From an uncultured delta proteobacterium (GTDB lineage Bacteria; Myxococcota_A; Polyangia; Polyangiales; Polyangiaceae), in assembly GCA_963850305.1 (NCBI GenBank), contig CAWKKR010000001.1:96001-160000 (forward strand): 64,000 bases of DNA, in the 5' to 3' direction. Shown one piece after another: positions 9,874-19,863 of this stretch. Every line of letters starts with the position of its first letter. Position 1 is the first letter of the stretch. A program made the translations under genes and the position numbers. Under the pieces are notes generated by a model that saw only the letters and a program-made list of their open reading frames with translations, had not been told where the DNA came from and did not search any database.

Positions 9874-11499
9874 TTACATGGACGCCGGTACCGGCCTCGG
9901 ATCGACATGCGCCGGGCCCTGAGCGCCCGCGACCGCCTCCAGCCATCCGAGCTTGGGCCGAATGCGCGCGCGGATACTGCGCAGCGGGGCACTCGTCATC
10001 TCCGCTTCGAAAGGTCGGATCCTCGGTCGCCCGGCATTCGCAGCGACGAGACTGGGAGCACCGGTCACGACGTCCGATTCGTATACGAAAAACGAGTGAT
10101 AGTGCATCTTGCCGTCCGCACGCTCGCCGTAGATCGCAATGATGTCGCCGGGCCGATACCGATGGCGGTGCGCGAAGAGATCGGCGAAGAACGCCACCCG
10201 ACGTGCATACGGGACCCGTTCGTTGTCGGGGATCTCCTCGACGTCGAAGGACTGCGGGTGAGTCTTCGCGAAATCGATGAACCGTTCGACGCTGCGCTCG
10301 TTGTCAATGCCCAGCGATTCGAAGTCGAGGCGACCTTCGACCCGTTCGCGAGGCTCTCCGCGTCGACGATACCAGGTGCCGCTAGCGCGCTCGAACGTAT
10401 CGGTCACGAAGTCGATGCACACTTGCGGCACTCGCGGTCTTCCGAGCTGGTCGAACACCTCGTAGCGGTCATCATTGAAATCGAACCCGCTGCGGCCATA
10501 GCGGTACGCCCAGACCCAACTCTGGCGGAGCTTACCGTCCTGCTGCCCGATCTCCGTCCTTGGCTCATCGAATGGCAGAGCTTCGGCAACCTCGTCACGC
10601 ATGACAGCCCGCAACCGATCGAGAACGACGTCGCGCCGCAGCACGTCATCGCGGGCCCGAGCGACGGCGTCGTCTCGTCCGCGCGGAACCGAGTCGCATT
10701 GGAATACGAGCCGCGAGCCCTCGGCTCGCAAGACGGTCGGCACCGATACCGCGCCGTAAAGCAAATCGGCCACCACCTCCGTCTCGGACAGATGCCGGAT
10801 CCTCATCTCGGAGAACCCTAATTGACGCGCAACGGCACGGACGTCCCGATGAATCGGATGCCCCAGATCCTCTCGACGGAGCGCGACTCGATCCATGAGC
10901 AATAATTTCACGCGAGACCCGGCGTCCACCCCGTCCGCGTAGACGTAGCTGAGCCCGGATACATCCCTCCTCAGGATGACTCGAGAAATGACCCCGGCGC
11001 GGTCGATCCAGACGACCGGCTCGCGAAAGATATCCTCCAGTCGGACGACGCTCGACAACGCGGCAGCCAGGGCCGGCGACGACGCATAGAGATAGCCCTC
11101 CGTGAGCAGTACCTCGCGTGCAAGATCGGGACGCCGACGAAGCGCTGCGTAAGCATCGAAGAGCGATTCGACGGGATCCGAGGCGGTGAAAATGGAACTA
11201 CGTAACGCGGCCGCTTCCGGCGATAGCCCCGTCGAAACAGGCGCGCGAAGCAAGATCACGGGCTCCACTCGAGCGCGCGCGAACGTCTCCGCACGACCTC
11301 GGTCGAATTCCGGCGTTCCGGGTAACGACTCGGTCTTCTCGATCCGTGCAATTTCGTCCGCGCAGTTCCGAGCGTTGATCCGCGCCGGCGCCACCCGTCG
11401 CGGGCTCGGCGCAGGCGATCGAGTTCGCTCCGATCGCGTAGCCGCACCGTGGCACGAGGCCAGTAACGGCAACAAAGTGACGAGGTAGCGACACCTCAT
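9874..11499 (-). CDS. Lipoprotein with possible C-terminal NlpC/P60-like Cys-His domain
   Basis: LLPLLAS-C lipobox; VCIDFV ... PGDIIAI ... HYHSFFV pattern. Confidence 0.6.
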   Translation of the reverse strand: MRCRYLVTLLPLLASCHGAATRSERTRSPAPSPRRVAPARINARNCADEIARIEKTESLPGTPEFDRGRAETFARARVEPVILLRAPVSTGLSPEAAALRSSIFTASDPVESLFDAYAALRRRPDLAREVLLTEGYLYASSPALAAALSSVVRLEDIFREPVVWIDRAGVISRVILRRDVSGLSYVYADGVDAGSRVKLLLMDRVALRREDLGHPIHRDVRAVARQLGFSEMRIRHLSETEVVADLLYGAVSVPTVLRAEGSRLVFQCDSVPRGRDDAVARARDDVLRRDVVLDRLRAVMRDEVAEALPFDEPRTEIGQQDGKLRQSWVWAYRYGRSGFDFNDDRYEVFDQLGRPRVPQVCIDFVTDTFERASGTWYRRRGEPRERVEGRLDFESLGIDNERSVERFIDFAKTHPQSFDVEEIPDNERVPYARRVAFFADLFAHRHRYRPGDIIAIYGERADGKMHYHSFFVYESDVVTGAPSLVAANAGRPRIRPFEAEMTSAPLRSIRARIRPKLGWLEAVAGAQGPAHVDPRPVPASM

Positions 11500-11583
11500 T
11501 CTTCCAGGATATCGCTTCTCAGCTCGCTCTGCTCATTGTGGCGACCCACCCGACCGGAGAACCGCCGCATCGATGCGTCGCGA

Positions 11584-14031
11584 CTAGTTCGATTGACTAG
11601 TCTGAGCCAAAGCCTGCTGTTTTGCCATTTCTTCGGTCCATTCCGGCGATGGCTGCGGGATCCGCTCCAGCGCCGCGGCCAGCACCTCGTCGAGTTTCGT
11701 GACGAAGACAAACTCGAGCTCGTCCCGGATCTCCTGCGGAACCTCTTCCAGATCCGCCTTGTTGCGGTCGGGCACGATGACGCGCTTGATACCAGCGCGG
11801 TGCGCCGCAAGCGTTTTCTCCTTGAGCCCGCCGATGGGGAGCACGCGACCGCGGAGCGAGATCTCCCCGGTCATCGCCACGTCGTGGCGGACCCGGATGC
11901 CGGTGAGGAGTGAAACGAGGGCAGTGAACATCGTGATCCCAGCGCTCGGACCATCCTTCGGCATGCCGCCTGCCGGGATATGAATGTGCACGTCGCTCTT
12001 CTCGAGGAAGTCCTTTCCGATGCTGAATTTTTCAGCGTTCGCCCGCACGTAGCTGAGGGCAGCGTGCGCGCTCTCCTTCATCACGTCCCCGAGCTGGCCC
12101 GTGAGCTGGAGCTTGCCGGTGCCGAACATTCGCGTCGCCTCGATGAAGAGAATCTCACCCCCCGCGCTCGTCCAAGCGAGACCGGTGGCTACGCCGGTCT
12201 CCTCCGTGCGCTCCGCAACCTCGCTCGTGTACTTCACCGGACCGAGGAACTCCCTCAGCTGGTCCTCGGTCTTGATGACGCGCCTCTGTTGATCACCCTC
12301 CGCGACCTTCACGGCGACACCACGAATGACGCTCGCTATCTGACGTTCTAGGGAGCGAACACCGGCTTCGCGGGTGTAATGCTCGATGATTTCCTCGATG
12401 GCCTCGTCCGTCACGTCGAGAAGCTCGGTAGTAATCCCGTGCTCCTCGAGTTGCTTCGGGATGAGGTGTTGCCTCGCAATCGCGAGCTTTTCCTTTCGCG
12501 TGTATCCGGGCAGCTCCAGGATCTCCATTCTGTCGCGGAGAGGTGGCGGAATCGGGTCCGCAATGTTCGCGGTCGCAACGAACATCACCTTCGAGAGGTC
12601 ATAAGGGATCTCGAGGTAGTGATCCGCGAACGTATTGTTCTGCTCGGGGTCGAGCACCTCGAGGAGGGCAGCGCTCGGGTCGCCCCGGAAATCGTGACCA
12701 ATCTTGTCCACCTCGTCCATCATGAATACGGGGTTCACGGTGGCGGCCTTTTTCATCCCCTGGATGATCTGTCCGGGCAGCGCGCCCACGTAGGTCCTGC
12801 GATGGCCGCGAATCGCTGCTTCGTCGTGGACGCCGCCGAGCGACACGCGCACGAACTTCCGTCCGAGAGACCGGGCGATGCTCTTGCCCAGAGAGGTCTT
12901 GCCGACACCTGGAGGGCCGAGGAGACAGAGGATCGGACCCTTCTTGTCCTTCTTGAGCTTTCGCACCGCGAGATATTCGACGATCCGCTTTTTTACTTTT
13001 TCGAGGCCATAGTGGTCCTCGTCGAGGACCCGACGCACCTCGAGAATCTGAAGGTTGTCCTCCGTGGTGCTCGTCCAGGGAACGTCCAGAATCCAGTCGA
13101 GGTACGTCCGCACGACCGTGTATTCGGCGCTGCCCACCTGCATCGTCCGGAGGCGCTTGAGTTGCTTCTTGGCAACTTGATCCGCCTCCGCAGGAAGCTC
13201 GGCCTTCGCGAGCCGCTCCTCGAGACCATCCAGATCTCCCTGGTCGCCATCCTCTTCGCCGAGTTCCTCTTTGATCGCCTTCAGCTGCTGACGAAGGACG
13301 TACTCACGCTGATTCTTGCCCATTTCCTCTTTGATCTGGGAGTTAATGCGTTCACGCATCTTCAGGATCTCGAGCTGCCGCGTGAGCAACCGGAGCACCT
13401 TGCGGATGCGCTCCTTCACGTCGACGGTTTCGATGAGCTGCGCCTTTTCATCGACCGGCGCGTCGAGGTTCGTCGCGACGAGATCGGCGAGCGCGCCGGG
13501 CGCCTGGATCGAGTCGATCAGCGAACCCGCCTCCCGAGGCAACTCCGGCATGAGCTGAATCACCTGCTTCGCGATGTCCCGCAGACTCATCGCCAGCGCC
13601 TCCGCCTCGACGTCTTCGGTCGCGACGGATTCGATGCGCCTGATCTTCGCTCGAAGATACGGGCCCGTCTGTGTGATCGTCTCGAGGCGGATACGCGTGA
13701 GGCCCTGGAGGATCAGAGAGTAGTTGCCTGAGCTGTGCTTCAAGGCCTTGAGCACCCGCGCCGCGCACCCCACCGGATACAGATCCTCCGCCTCGGGGTC
13801 GTCGGTCGATGGATCTCGTTGAGCGAAGATCGCGATGACCGGGGTTGGTAGATCCTGTACGTCCTCGACTAGCGCCACCGACTTCTCTCGTCCCACGTCG
13901 AACGGGGCAACGCCGCCCGGGAACAGAACCGCATTCCGAATGGGCAGCACGGCGAGTTCGTCAGCAAACTTCAGCTCGTCGTCGCTCGGCTGAGCCAGCG
14001 TGGCGGGGGCTGCCTTCTTTTTGTCGCTCAT
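11584..14031 (-). CDS. lon: ATP-dependent Lon protease
   Basis: GPPGVGKTS Walker A, PKDGPSAG catalytic Ser, LON N-domain; N-terminus resembles the myxobacterial LonD/BsgA type (from memory). Confidence 0.97.
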   Translation of the reverse strand: MSDKKKAAPATLAQPSDDELKFADELAVLPIRNAVLFPGGVAPFDVGREKSVALVEDVQDLPTPVIAIFAQRDPSTDDPEAEDLYPVGCAARVLKALKHSSGNYSLILQGLTRIRLETITQTGPYLRAKIRRIESVATEDVEAEALAMSLRDIAKQVIQLMPELPREAGSLIDSIQAPGALADLVATNLDAPVDEKAQLIETVDVKERIRKVLRLLTRQLEILKMRERINSQIKEEMGKNQREYVLRQQLKAIKEELGEEDGDQGDLDGLEERLAKAELPAEADQVAKKQLKRLRTMQVGSAEYTVVRTYLDWILDVPWTSTTEDNLQILEVRRVLDEDHYGLEKVKKRIVEYLAVRKLKKDKKGPILCLLGPPGVGKTSLGKSIARSLGRKFVRVSLGGVHDEAAIRGHRRTYVGALPGQIIQGMKKAATVNPVFMMDEVDKIGHDFRGDPSAALLEVLDPEQNNTFADHYLEIPYDLSKVMFVATANIADPIPPPLRDRMEILELPGYTRKEKLAIARQHLIPKQLEEHGITTELLDVTDEAIEEIIEHYTREAGVRSLERQIASVIRGVAVKVAEGDQQRRVIKTEDQLREFLGPVKYTSEVAERTEETGVATGLAWTSAGGEILFIEATRMFGTGKLQLTGQLGDVMKESAHAALSYVRANAEKFSIGKDFLEKSDVHIHIPAGGMPKDGPSAGITMFTALVSLLTGIRVRHDVAMTGEISLRGRVLPIGGLKEKTLAAHRAGIKRVIVPDRNKADLEEVPQEIRDELEFVFVTKLDEVLAAALERIPQPSPEWTEEMAKQQALAQTSQSN

Positions 14032-14364
14032 GTTTCTTCCTTGGTGAATCCCAGACCTGCCCGAATCAAGGTACTCAGCCCGAAGCTAATCACACATTCT
14101 CGACTGGCCAGCCCTCTACATCGAATCTCGGCGGCTCGATCAGGCCGAGCGCTGAGCAGCGCGTCAGCGATACCAGCTGCGATAAAACTGGCGACTCAGG
14201 TTTAGCTCCGTTTGGGGGGCCGGTCGCACGCTTCGAAAAGACCCCAGGAACTGCTTGAAATAAAGGCCGGAAGCGGCTGTTTCCGCTGGCTTCTCCAATG
14301 CCCACCCCCTTCCCCTTCCCTTTTTGCCGGTCTCGGCAAGTCTGCGCAATAGTACTTTGCCCGC

Positions 14365-15300
14365 GTGCGAACGATTTTCTTCGGAACCCCGGAAATCGCG
14401 GTACCCGCCCTTCGCGCGCTCGCGGCGACCACCGATCTCGTCGGTGTGGTGTGCCAGCCGGATCGTCCCTCCGGTCGCGGTCTCGACGTGACGTCTCCGG
14501 CCGTCAAACGCGCGGCGGCGGAGCTGGGCATCCCCGTACACCAACCCACTCGGGTGAAGGAGGCGCTCGACGGCTGGGTCCGGTCGCAGTCGCCGGACGT
14601 CGCCGTCGTCATGGCGTACGGCCGCATATTGCCCAAGAGCGTCCTCGACGTCCCTCGTCTGGGGTGTGTGAACCTGCACGCCTCCTTGCTTCCAAAGTTT
14701 CGCGGCGCCGCCCCGATTCAATGGGCACTCATTCGAGGTGAGACCGAGACCGGGATGACGCTCATGCAGATGGACGAGGGGATGGACACCGGTCCCGTCT
14801 TCTGCGAGCGACGCGTTCCCATTTCGACCGAAGACACAGCTGGCAGCCTGGCGCCGAAGCTCGCAGCGCTCGGCGCAGCCGTCGTAACCGACGATCTTCC
14901 GCGGGCGCTTTCGGGCGACCTTCCTCTGGTGGCCCAGGATTCGAAAAATGCGACGTTTGCTCCGCCGCTGACCCGAGCCGACGGGGTTCTCGACTGGACA
15001 TCGACCGCACGCGCGCTCGTCAACCGCGTCCGGGGACTCTCTCCGAAACCCGGAGCGTTCACGATGCACGGTGATCGTTCGCTGAAGGTACTGTCCGCCG
15101 CCGCCCTGAGCACGCAGGAGGCTTGCAGGGCGGGAACGGTCGTTCGGGCAGACAGGGGCGGAGTGTACGTCGCCTGCGGCATGGGCACTCTCGAGATCGT
15201 CCGTGCTCAAGTCGAGGGACGAAAGCCGACGACGGGGCCTGACCTCGTGAATGGCCGCTTCATCCGTCTCGGAGATGTGCTCGGTTCCCGCCGCTCGTGA
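14365..15300 (+). CDS. fmt: Methionyl-tRNA formyltransferase
   Basis: FFGTPEIA, QPDRPSGRG, NLHASLLPKFRGAAPIQ, MDTG. Confidence 0.97.
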   Translation: MRTIFFGTPEIAVPALRALAATTDLVGVVCQPDRPSGRGLDVTSPAVKRAAAELGIPVHQPTRVKEALDGWVRSQSPDVAVVMAYGRILPKSVLDVPRLGCVNLHASLLPKFRGAAPIQWALIRGETETGMTLMQMDEGMDTGPVFCERRVPISTEDTAGSLAPKLAALGAAVVTDDLPRALSGDLPLVAQDSKNATFAPPLTRADGVLDWTSTARALVNRVRGLSPKPGAFTMHGDRSLKVLSAAALSTQEACRAGTVVRADRGGVYVACGMGTLEIVRAQVEGRKPTTGPDLVNGRFIRLGDVLGSRRS

Positions 15301-15310
15301 CGAGCGATTC

Positions 15311-16969
15311 TCACTCGCGATGCAGGCGATCCTCGAAGGCGGTTCGGCGCTCGGGATCCTGGACCCCGTCGAAATAGAACAGCCGGAACTTGCGGTAGTC
15401 GCTGCGGACCTCGTCGCCGGAGCGCCCGTTCATCGTTCGAATGTATCGATCGAGGTACGCAACGAAGTCGGGGAATGAAGCTCCGCGCGCGCCCAACGCC
15501 TTCATCAAGGCAGGATCCCAGCGCAGAGCCCTAACGGTCACAGGGCCGAGGTGCACCAGGACATTCGGAACCACGTTCGAAACATCGATTCTGTCGGCCT
15601 CACCCGACGTCAGCAAGAAGTGCGGTCTGAACGTGGCGACGAGGTAGCGCACCCCCGCATCTCCGAGGTGAATGGCCCGACCCCCGTCGATCGCGAAGGG
15701 CGCGTTCGCGTCGAACACGAGCCGAGCCTCGCGGTCAGCGAACGCAACACGAACGGCCAAGCCGCCGAAGAAGTGCGACAACACAGCAGCATCGCGCCGC
15801 TCGACTCGGAGCGCGTTCTCGTCGGTCTTCGCGTACTCGTTAACGATAACACCCCGTCGTTCGACGCCGCTCGTGGGACGTGGCGTGACCATCGGTACGG
15901 CCAGCGCGGCGATGACGAGTTCCACGTACGCGAAGGGGCGCTCGAACGAGACCGAGCAGAGAGCCAGCTCGAGCAAGATGGCGAGATACGGCGTCACCGG
16001 GATCAAGAGCCGCGCGAACGTCGCGCTGCCGCCGACGCAAACGACGTAACCCGTGTACGCCACCGCGAATGCGCTTGCAGCGAGCGCATGCACGACGAGC
16101 GGGTCCGGTGACGCATCCGCTCGCAGTAGCGCGCCGCGCCCCTTCCAGAGAGCCGCATCTATCGTGAAAGGCGACAAAAAGAGTACCCAATATTTCTGCA
16201 AGTACGTTCCGAGATACGCGAATCCTCGCGCCGGACCGCCGAACCTCGCCTCGTAGGGAGAGGCAGCGCCTGCCCCGTAGTACAGATGGCGGACTGCGGC
16301 CGCGAAGCCGAGGATCGCCGCGAGACAAAGAAGGAACCGCATCGCGGTCGCTGCGCGTCGGGGCGGCGTGATCAACAGGAGTAAAAATGCGACCGCGCCG
16401 AAGACTAGCCCATCGGGGCGAAGCAATGTCGAGACGCCGAAGAGCAGGGCGGACAGGATCGGCCGCGGGGTGCCGCCGGTGAGACCCGAAACGAGCATCC
16501 AATATCCGACGAACACGCTCGCCATGAATGCGGACGTCTCGAGACCGCTCGTCGTGAACAGACTGAAATCCGGATGCAATGCCGTGGCAAGACACGCAAC
16601 GGGGAGCGTGTGTTTGCGAACGGGGAGACGCCCACGGAGGTCGAGATGGAAGGCGAGAAGCAATACGAGGATGATCGCGGCGGCGATCACACCCGATACG
16701 ACCCCCCAACTCTCCGGAGATACACGAAAGACCATCCCAAGCGCGATCCAGAGTGCCCAGAGTGGGTTCTTCAGGCCATCTACCCGCTCCCCCACGTTGA
16801 ACACTAGGCCGTGTCCTTCGACCAGGTTGCGGGCATAACGAAAGGTGATGAAGGCCGCATCCGCGGTCCACGCGTTCCACGCCGCGAGCCCGAGCCCCAC
16901 GAGCACGGCAGCTGCACCGGCCAACGCCGCCGGTTCGCGCGCGTCGAACTCGGCAGGCTTCGCGGTCAT
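15311..16969 (-). CDS. GT-C fold membrane glycosyltransferase (arabinofuranosyltransferase-like)
   Basis: DAAFITFRYARNLVEGHGLVFN.GERVDG, SGLET, RPDG motifs; about 11-12 TM segments. Confidence 0.75.
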   Translation of the reverse strand: MTAKPAEFDAREPAALAGAAAVLVGLGLAAWNAWTADAAFITFRYARNLVEGHGLVFNVGERVDGLKNPLWALWIALGMVFRVSPESWGVVSGVIAAAIILVLLLAFHLDLRGRLPVRKHTLPVACLATALHPDFSLFTTSGLETSAFMASVFVGYWMLVSGLTGGTPRPILSALLFGVSTLLRPDGLVFGAVAFLLLLITPPRRAATAMRFLLCLAAILGFAAAVRHLYYGAGAASPYEARFGGPARGFAYLGTYLQKYWVLFLSPFTIDAALWKGRGALLRADASPDPLVVHALAASAFAVAYTGYVVCVGGSATFARLLIPVTPYLAILLELALCSVSFERPFAYVELVIAALAVPMVTPRPTSGVERRGVIVNEYAKTDENALRVERRDAAVLSHFFGGLAVRVAFADREARLVFDANAPFAIDGGRAIHLGDAGVRYLVATFRPHFLLTSGEADRIDVSNVVPNVLVHLGPVTVRALRWDPALMKALGARGASFPDFVAYLDRYIRTMNGRSGDEVRSDYRKFRLFYFDGVQDPERRTAFEDRLHRE

Positions 16970-19188
16970 TGCGCCGGGCCTCCCAGCAGCGGCTGCGCCC
17001 ACCAGACGACGGGCCCCGTTGGCTTCCTGAGAGCCCGCAAACGGGGCGGCAGTCTGTCACGCGCGTCCCGAACGAGTTCTTCTCCCCGAGCTTGCCCTAG
17101 TGCACGCGTCGCGACGGCGGTCGCGTCTGCGTCGAGACCTGCAGCGACGAGCAAGTCGACGTAGAGCGGGCCGATGCCGGGAAGGTCCCGCCCTGCATCA
17201 ACCAATGGCTTGAGCTCGCGCAGAGAACGAAGGTAAGCACCGAGTTCGAGAAACCCCTCGGCGCGAAGAAGACGAGCCTGTCCGTCATCCGCTTCGCCGC
17301 GCGCTCCGCGAAAGAACATTTCGGCCCGATCGAGCCGTCGGCGCTCGGCGGCGATCGCCTCTTCGGGGTAACGAAATGGGAGCTTCGCTCCGATGGCTGA
17401 AAGCCAGGCATCAGCCGCCTTGAACTCGCCCAGCCGCGCGTAAGTTAGCGCGACGTTCTGAGCGTTCGGGAGGACCTCTAGGTCATCGTCGTCGTTCACC
17501 ATGGAGAGCAGTCTTCGAGCGCGAGCGTCGTCGCCAAGCCGACTTGCCAATAGCGCCGTTTCCGCGGCGAGAAACTCCCTGGCGCGGTTTTGCAGGGCAT
17601 CAGCTTGCGCCTGTCGGCTGACGCGGCGGCCGACCCTCAGCCCGCCGACACGGGTTACCTCCGGCGGGGGCCGATCGTCGATCAACGCGTTCAGTTCCCG
17701 GTAGATCACTTCGAGATCGCGCAAATTGCCATCAGCGGTTCGCGCCACCTGCAGATCCAGCAACCGGAAATAATCCTGATAATCGATCCAGTCCGGCATG
17801 AGGAGCGCGTACTTCCTGCTCTCTGGACGCGACGCGAGCAGGAGCAAATCGAATGCCTGGTCGATTTGCCCCTTCTTGGCGCTCTCTTCGCTAAGGGCCT
17901 TCAGGACGAACGGATTGTCGGGGTTAATGCTGAGTTCATGCAAGTAGATGGAGTCTTGATCCTTGTAGTCGAAGGTCCGACGCGTGCAGACGGCGCCGTA
18001 GAACGTGAGGAGCGCGACGAACGCCGCTCGCGCCCGTGGGGATGCCGCGACTACTGCCAGAGGCTCTCTGGCGAGGCGGGCGATGGCGGAGAGGAACAAG
18101 AAGAGAGGCAGATAAAGAAAGTGATCGGACGTCGTGACGAAGATGCCCGTATAGGTGAAATTGAGAAGCGGACCGAGGGCGGCTGCTGCAGCGACGAAGA
18201 GGATTGCCGCCGGCCGATCTCGCCGAAATGCGACCACGGTGACGCCCAGGTACGCGACGGCCGCGATGACCCCACCGACGACGAGCGGTGTCGGAAAAAT
18301 GAAGTTGCCGTGCGACGCGACGAGGGGGCGATAGAAGAATGTCTGGGGCAGCGGCCAGATGACTCGTTCGAGATACGCGAAAATCGTCAAGAAGCCGTAC
18401 TTGGGGGTGAGGATGAGGTGATCTTTGGGGCGTACTGGAAAGACGAATATCCGCAGCGCGACGTAAAGGAGCGCCATCCCGGTCTGAATGACGAAACCGG
18501 GAAGAAATCGCCGACGCGACTCCCGATCCGCCGCCGCCACGTCCGGAGCCAGCATGAACGGCAACATGGCCGACGTCTCCTTGCAGAGCAGGGCCGCAAC
18601 GAAGCTGACGGCGGATGCCGCGATCAGCCTGCCCCGAGCCGCGCCTTCGCGTCGGGCGGCCCGATAGGAGAGTTCGACGCAGCCGAGCAAAAAGAACGTC
18701 ATCAGTACGTCCGTTCGCCCCGCGATCCAGATCACGCTCTCCGTGCGCGACGGATGGAGCGCGAAAAGTGCGCCGACCGCCACCGCGAGCGACGTGCGCC
18801 CCGTCCATCGACGTGCGACGACCACCACAAGAACGGTCGTCAGCGCGTGAAAGACGATATTGAAGAGGTGGTAAAAGGAGGGTCTGTCGCCGACGATCGC
18901 CCAGTTCACGAGGTAGCTCACCGTGACCAGCGGCCGGTAATAGAGGGACCACCCGCTGCCGCGGTCGTCGAGCTGCCAGAAATAGTGGGTGAAGGCGCGC
19001 CCGACGTAGGACAGCCCGTGCGCGTACGGGTTGTCGCGGATGAGGAGGAGATCGTCATAGACGAACCCCGCGGCCAGGCTTGGAAGAAAGCACAGGAACG
19101 CAAGCAGCCCGACCTCGAACGCCGGACGGTCGGGGCGGTCGCGCGTGATGAGGACAGGCACAGCAACGGACGGGCGCACCGATTCCAT
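16966..19188 (-). CDS. TMTC-like GT-C protein O-mannosyltransferase with TPR-like C-terminus
   Basis: GFVYDD, YYRPL, HLFNIVFH, LFALHP..ESV.WIAGR.D, KE, YLP motifs; start uncertain (19188 or 19230). Confidence 0.75.
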   Translation of the reverse strand: MESVRPSVAVPVLITRDRPDRPAFEVGLLAFLCFLPSLAAGFVYDDLLLIRDNPYAHGLSYVGRAFTHYFWQLDDRGSGWSLYYRPLVTVSYLVNWAIVGDRPSFYHLFNIVFHALTTVLVVVVARRWTGRTSLAVAVGALFALHPSRTESVIWIAGRTDVLMTFFLLGCVELSYRAARREGAARGRLIAASAVSFVAALLCKETSAMLPFMLAPDVAAADRESRRRFLPGFVIQTGMALLYVALRIFVFPVRPKDHLILTPKYGFLTIFAYLERVIWPLPQTFFYRPLVASHGNFIFPTPLVVGGVIAAVAYLGVTVVAFRRDRPAAILFVAAAAALGPLLNFTYTGIFVTTSDHFLYLPLFLFLSAIARLAREPLAVVAASPRARAAFVALLTFYGAVCTRRTFDYKDQDSIYLHELSINPDNPFVLKALSEESAKKGQIDQAFDLLLLASRPESRKYALLMPDWIDYQDYFRLLDLQVARTADGNLRDLEVIYRELNALIDDRPPPEVTRVGGLRVGRRVSRQAQADALQNRAREFLAAETALLASRLGDDARARRLLSMVNDDDDLEVLPNAQNVALTYARLGEFKAADAWLSAIGAKLPFRYPEEAIAAERRRLDRAEMFFRGARGEADDGQARLLRAEGFLELGAYLRSLRELKPLVDAGRDLPGIGPLYVDLLVAAGLDADATAVATRALGQARGEELVRDARDRLPPRLRALRKPTGPVVWWAQPLLGGPAQ

Positions 19189-19299
19189 TTTTTGAGGAGA
19201 CGCTACTTGAGAGACCGCGCTCGCTTGCATGCTTGCCCAGTTTGCGGGAGCGGCAAAGCCGAAAACCAAGTGGCAACGCCGGCGCCTGCAGAACCTGGT

Positions 19300-19848
19300 A
19301 TGATGATGCGGTTGGACCTCGCCGCGACCTGCATCTCGCAGATTCAGGAGGAGTTTCCCGAATTCAGGATCGTGCCTAAAGCCGGCAACGGGTTTTCCCG
19401 GGCCATCGACAACCTCCTCAAGCTCGTCACGGCCGGCGGGCAGCGTCGCTACCTGACGCACTACCACACGGCCATTGGTTACACCCTTTACGTTCCGACA
19501 TCATGGGGTTCCTCGAGCGATATCGATCGGGTCATTCTGCTTCGGCACGAGCGAGTTCACCTGCGCCAGCGTCGGCGCCTGGGGATGCCCTTGATGGTCT
19601 TCCTGTACCTGGTGCCGTTCTGCCCGCTCGGCCTGGCGTACGGACGGGCGCGGATGGAATGGGAGGCGTACGAGGAGACTCTCCGAGCGACGGCCGAGTT
19701 CTATGGGACCGCGGCTGCACGCGGCCTGAGGGAAGCGCTCGTCCAGCGTTTCACCGGACCAGACTACGGGTGGATGTGGCCGTTCCGAAGAACGGTGGAG
19801 CGCTGGTTCGAAACGACGATGCGCGCCATCGAGCGGAGCACGCCGTGA
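19300..19848 (+). CDS. Small HExxH putative zinc metallopeptidase
   Basis: LLRHERVHLRQ followed by a TM-like stretch and EWEAY; last 182 aa of the long ORF 17590..19848. Confidence 0.65.
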   Translation: MMMRLDLAATCISQIQEEFPEFRIVPKAGNGFSRAIDNLLKLVTAGGQRRYLTHYHTAIGYTLYVPTSWGSSSDIDRVILLRHERVHLRQRRRLGMPLMVFLYLVPFCPLGLAYGRARMEWEAYEETLRATAEFYGTAAARGLREALVQRFTGPDYGWMWPFRRTVERWFETTMRAIERSTP

Positions 19849-19863
19849 ACCGGGGCATGTAGG

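Noticed and set aside
14032..14364. Sigma54 promoter for lon
   Set aside because: The best GG-N10-GC match (14289-14302, minus strand) lacks the TGGCA and TTGC context, so it is too weak to call.
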